From an uncultured Candidatus Saccharibacteria bacterium (GTDB lineage: Bacteria > Patescibacteriota > Minisyncoccia > Phycocordibacterales > PALSA-1337), in the NCBI GenBank assembly GCA_964565685.1, contig CAZMFR010000003.1, forward strand, positions 20,709 to 84,708: DNA of 64,000 nt, read 5' to 3'. The notes below the pieces were generated by a model that did no database searches, was not told where the DNA came from, and worked only from the letters and a program-made list of their open reading frames with translations. A program made the position numbers and the translations under genes. Within the stretch, counting starts at the first letter, position 1. Each line of letters begins with the position of its first letter. This document shows positions 62,828 through 64,000 of the stretch, one piece after another.

Positions 62828-63556
62828 TTAATCCTTAAGACATAAAGTCCTGCATTCCCCCATACAAAAGGGAGCCATATAGGAATGCCAAATAAAATTT
62901 GTTGGTTTTGCTCCCCTCCAATTCGTAAGACCCATGTTCGGTTTCTTGCTGTCGATCCTGCTTGCAACTATCTCTGCGGCAGTCGATCCGGTAATCGCGT
63001 AATGAACTTTGTTTTGCACTGTCTTGAAAAAGAGAATACTCTGCTCATCTGTCGGATCATAATCAACACTGGTCGCGTAGATGTCGGTTATTTTTCTGTA
63101 AAATCTCTTTTCACTGGCGCGGATGTCAGCGATGCGACGAGATAGTTCTTCAAAATAATCGAATGGCAAGTCTGGGTTTTTCAATCGTTCGTCATCAAGT
63201 ACAAAGCCCTTGGTGATATATTCACTCAAGCGAGCTGTTGCCCATTGGCGAAAAGCGGTGCCTTGCGGAGATTTCACTCTATATCCAACAGCAATAATAA
63301 CATCCAGATTGTAATAATTTGTAGGTTTTTCCAGAAAATCGGAATTTCCGATTTTCTTAATAGTTTCAGGTTCTGTGAGCTCTTTTTCCTTGTATATGTT
63401 CAAAACATGCTCATTAATAGTCGATTTTGCCTTATCAAAAAGCTTGGACATGTGTTCCAAGGTGAGCCACACAGTATTATTGTCGAACCGAACGTCAATT
63501 TTGACCTTTCCATCATGGTTTTTGTATATAACTATTTGCGATTGAGGAATTTTCAT
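62828..63556 (-). CDS. RhuM-family protein (virulence-protein RhuM / DNA-binding family)
   Basis: IVIYKNHDGKVKIDVRFDNNTVWLT…YYNLDVIIAVGYRVKSPQGTAFRQWAT matches the RhuM family pattern. Confidence 0.7.
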   Translation of the reverse strand: MKIPQSQIVIYKNHDGKVKIDVRFDNNTVWLTLEHMSKLFDKAKSTINEHVLNIYKEKELTEPETIKKIGNSDFLEKPTNYYNLDVIIAVGYRVKSPQGTAFRQWATARLSEYITKGFVLDDERLKNPDLPFDYFEELSRRIADIRASEKRFYRKITDIYATSVDYDPTDEQSILFFKTVQNKVHYAITGSTAAEIVASRIDSKKPNMGLTNWRGAKPTNFIWHSYMAPFCMGECRTLCLKD

Positions 63557-63753
63557 TTATTTTTTGATGCTTTTTTTGCTTCACTCAATACTTCAGGTCT
63601 TTGTTCATAAGGACGATTCTTGTTAGCTTCCGCAAATGCATCCTTTAGCTCGCCAAACGATAGATCTCGGCTTTTTTCGTCGGCCATTTTCATCGCCCGG
63701 CAAATTGCGCAGTCGTCAAAGTAGAAACCATTTTTTGTGGATTTCTTTTTCAT
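63553..63753 (-). CDS. Small hypothetical protein overlapping the RhuM start by 4 nt
   Basis: 66-aa ORF with an ATGA-type overlap suggesting co-transcription. Confidence 0.35.
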   Translation of the reverse strand: MKKKSTKNGFYFDDCAICRAMKMADEKSRDLSFGELKDAFAEANKNRPYEQRPEVLSEAKKASKNK

Positions 63754-64000
63754 GAGTATATTATATCAAATATTTTTTGAACTACTAAGGAATCTTTAGT
63801 AGTTGTACTCTTATCATAATTTTGTAAAAGAAAAACCGCAGAACTCGTGCTCTACGGCTTTTCCTTTTTTCATTGAAACGTCCTCTCTTTTGTTCCGTTC
63901 ATCCATGAGCTTTTCTATAGAGAAAGCCCATGTATGCCAATCATCTTCTCTTGGCTGAGGCTATAGTTTGAGTCCACAGCTGGACATTCGTACTTCGAAG

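Overview
This 64-kb window looks like a small, streamlined bacterial genome of the Candidate Phyla Radiation / Patescibacteria type (inference from gene content and an intron-rich, unlinked 23S). Contents, left to right: (1) a secreted peptidoglycan-binding protein and hypotheticals, tRNA-Met, gatA/gatC and ligA. (2) A large type IV pilus and competence locus (8.7–27.4 kb), all on the minus strand except comF, divergent at the far end: four pseudopilins with unusually long leaders, pilD, a major pilin, a GT2-GtrA fusion plus GT-C glycosyltransferase pair, a pilA-like pilin, an IS200-like element, tRNA-Leu, pilC, pilT, a response regulator, pilB, pilO/N/M and comF. (3) A mannoside-utilisation module: cupin PMI-like, three GH130 domains, and a eukaryotic-type phosphomannomutase. 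(4) hxlR/nitroreductase, tRNA-Ser, a cytochrome b5-like protein, DoxX, CrtC/AttH-like, recG, a tRNA with anticodon UAU, ftsH, smpB followed by tmRNA, a PLD-family protein, and infC-rpmI-rplT. (5) A DinJ-like gene preceded by three copies of a 26–30 bp palindrome, RNase J, ndk, and envelope glycan genes (epimerase, sugar phosphotransferase, GT4, ftsW/rodA). (6) A 5S gene and a ~5.25-kb 23S rRNA gene on the minus strand carrying about 2.3 kb of ORF-less insertions, then a RhuM-family gene. No 16S and no CRISPR array were found. Most notable observations: (a) a perfect 74-bp inverted repeat joins the expressed pilA-like gene to a convergent, 5'-truncated pilin paralogue, forming a Moraxella tfpQ/I-style invertible C-terminal pilin switch. 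(b) A family of short dispersed repeats (words GTCGAAGGTCCCGAGTC / AGTAGAAAG / TCGAAAG) occurs in intergenic spacers, directly abutting start codons, in frame inside ligA and recG, and encoding the long leaders of the four pseudopilins, reminiscent of Rickettsia palindromic elements. (c) The multiply interrupted 23S gene. (d) A tRNA(UAU) flanked by two half-copies that break exactly at the anticodon.
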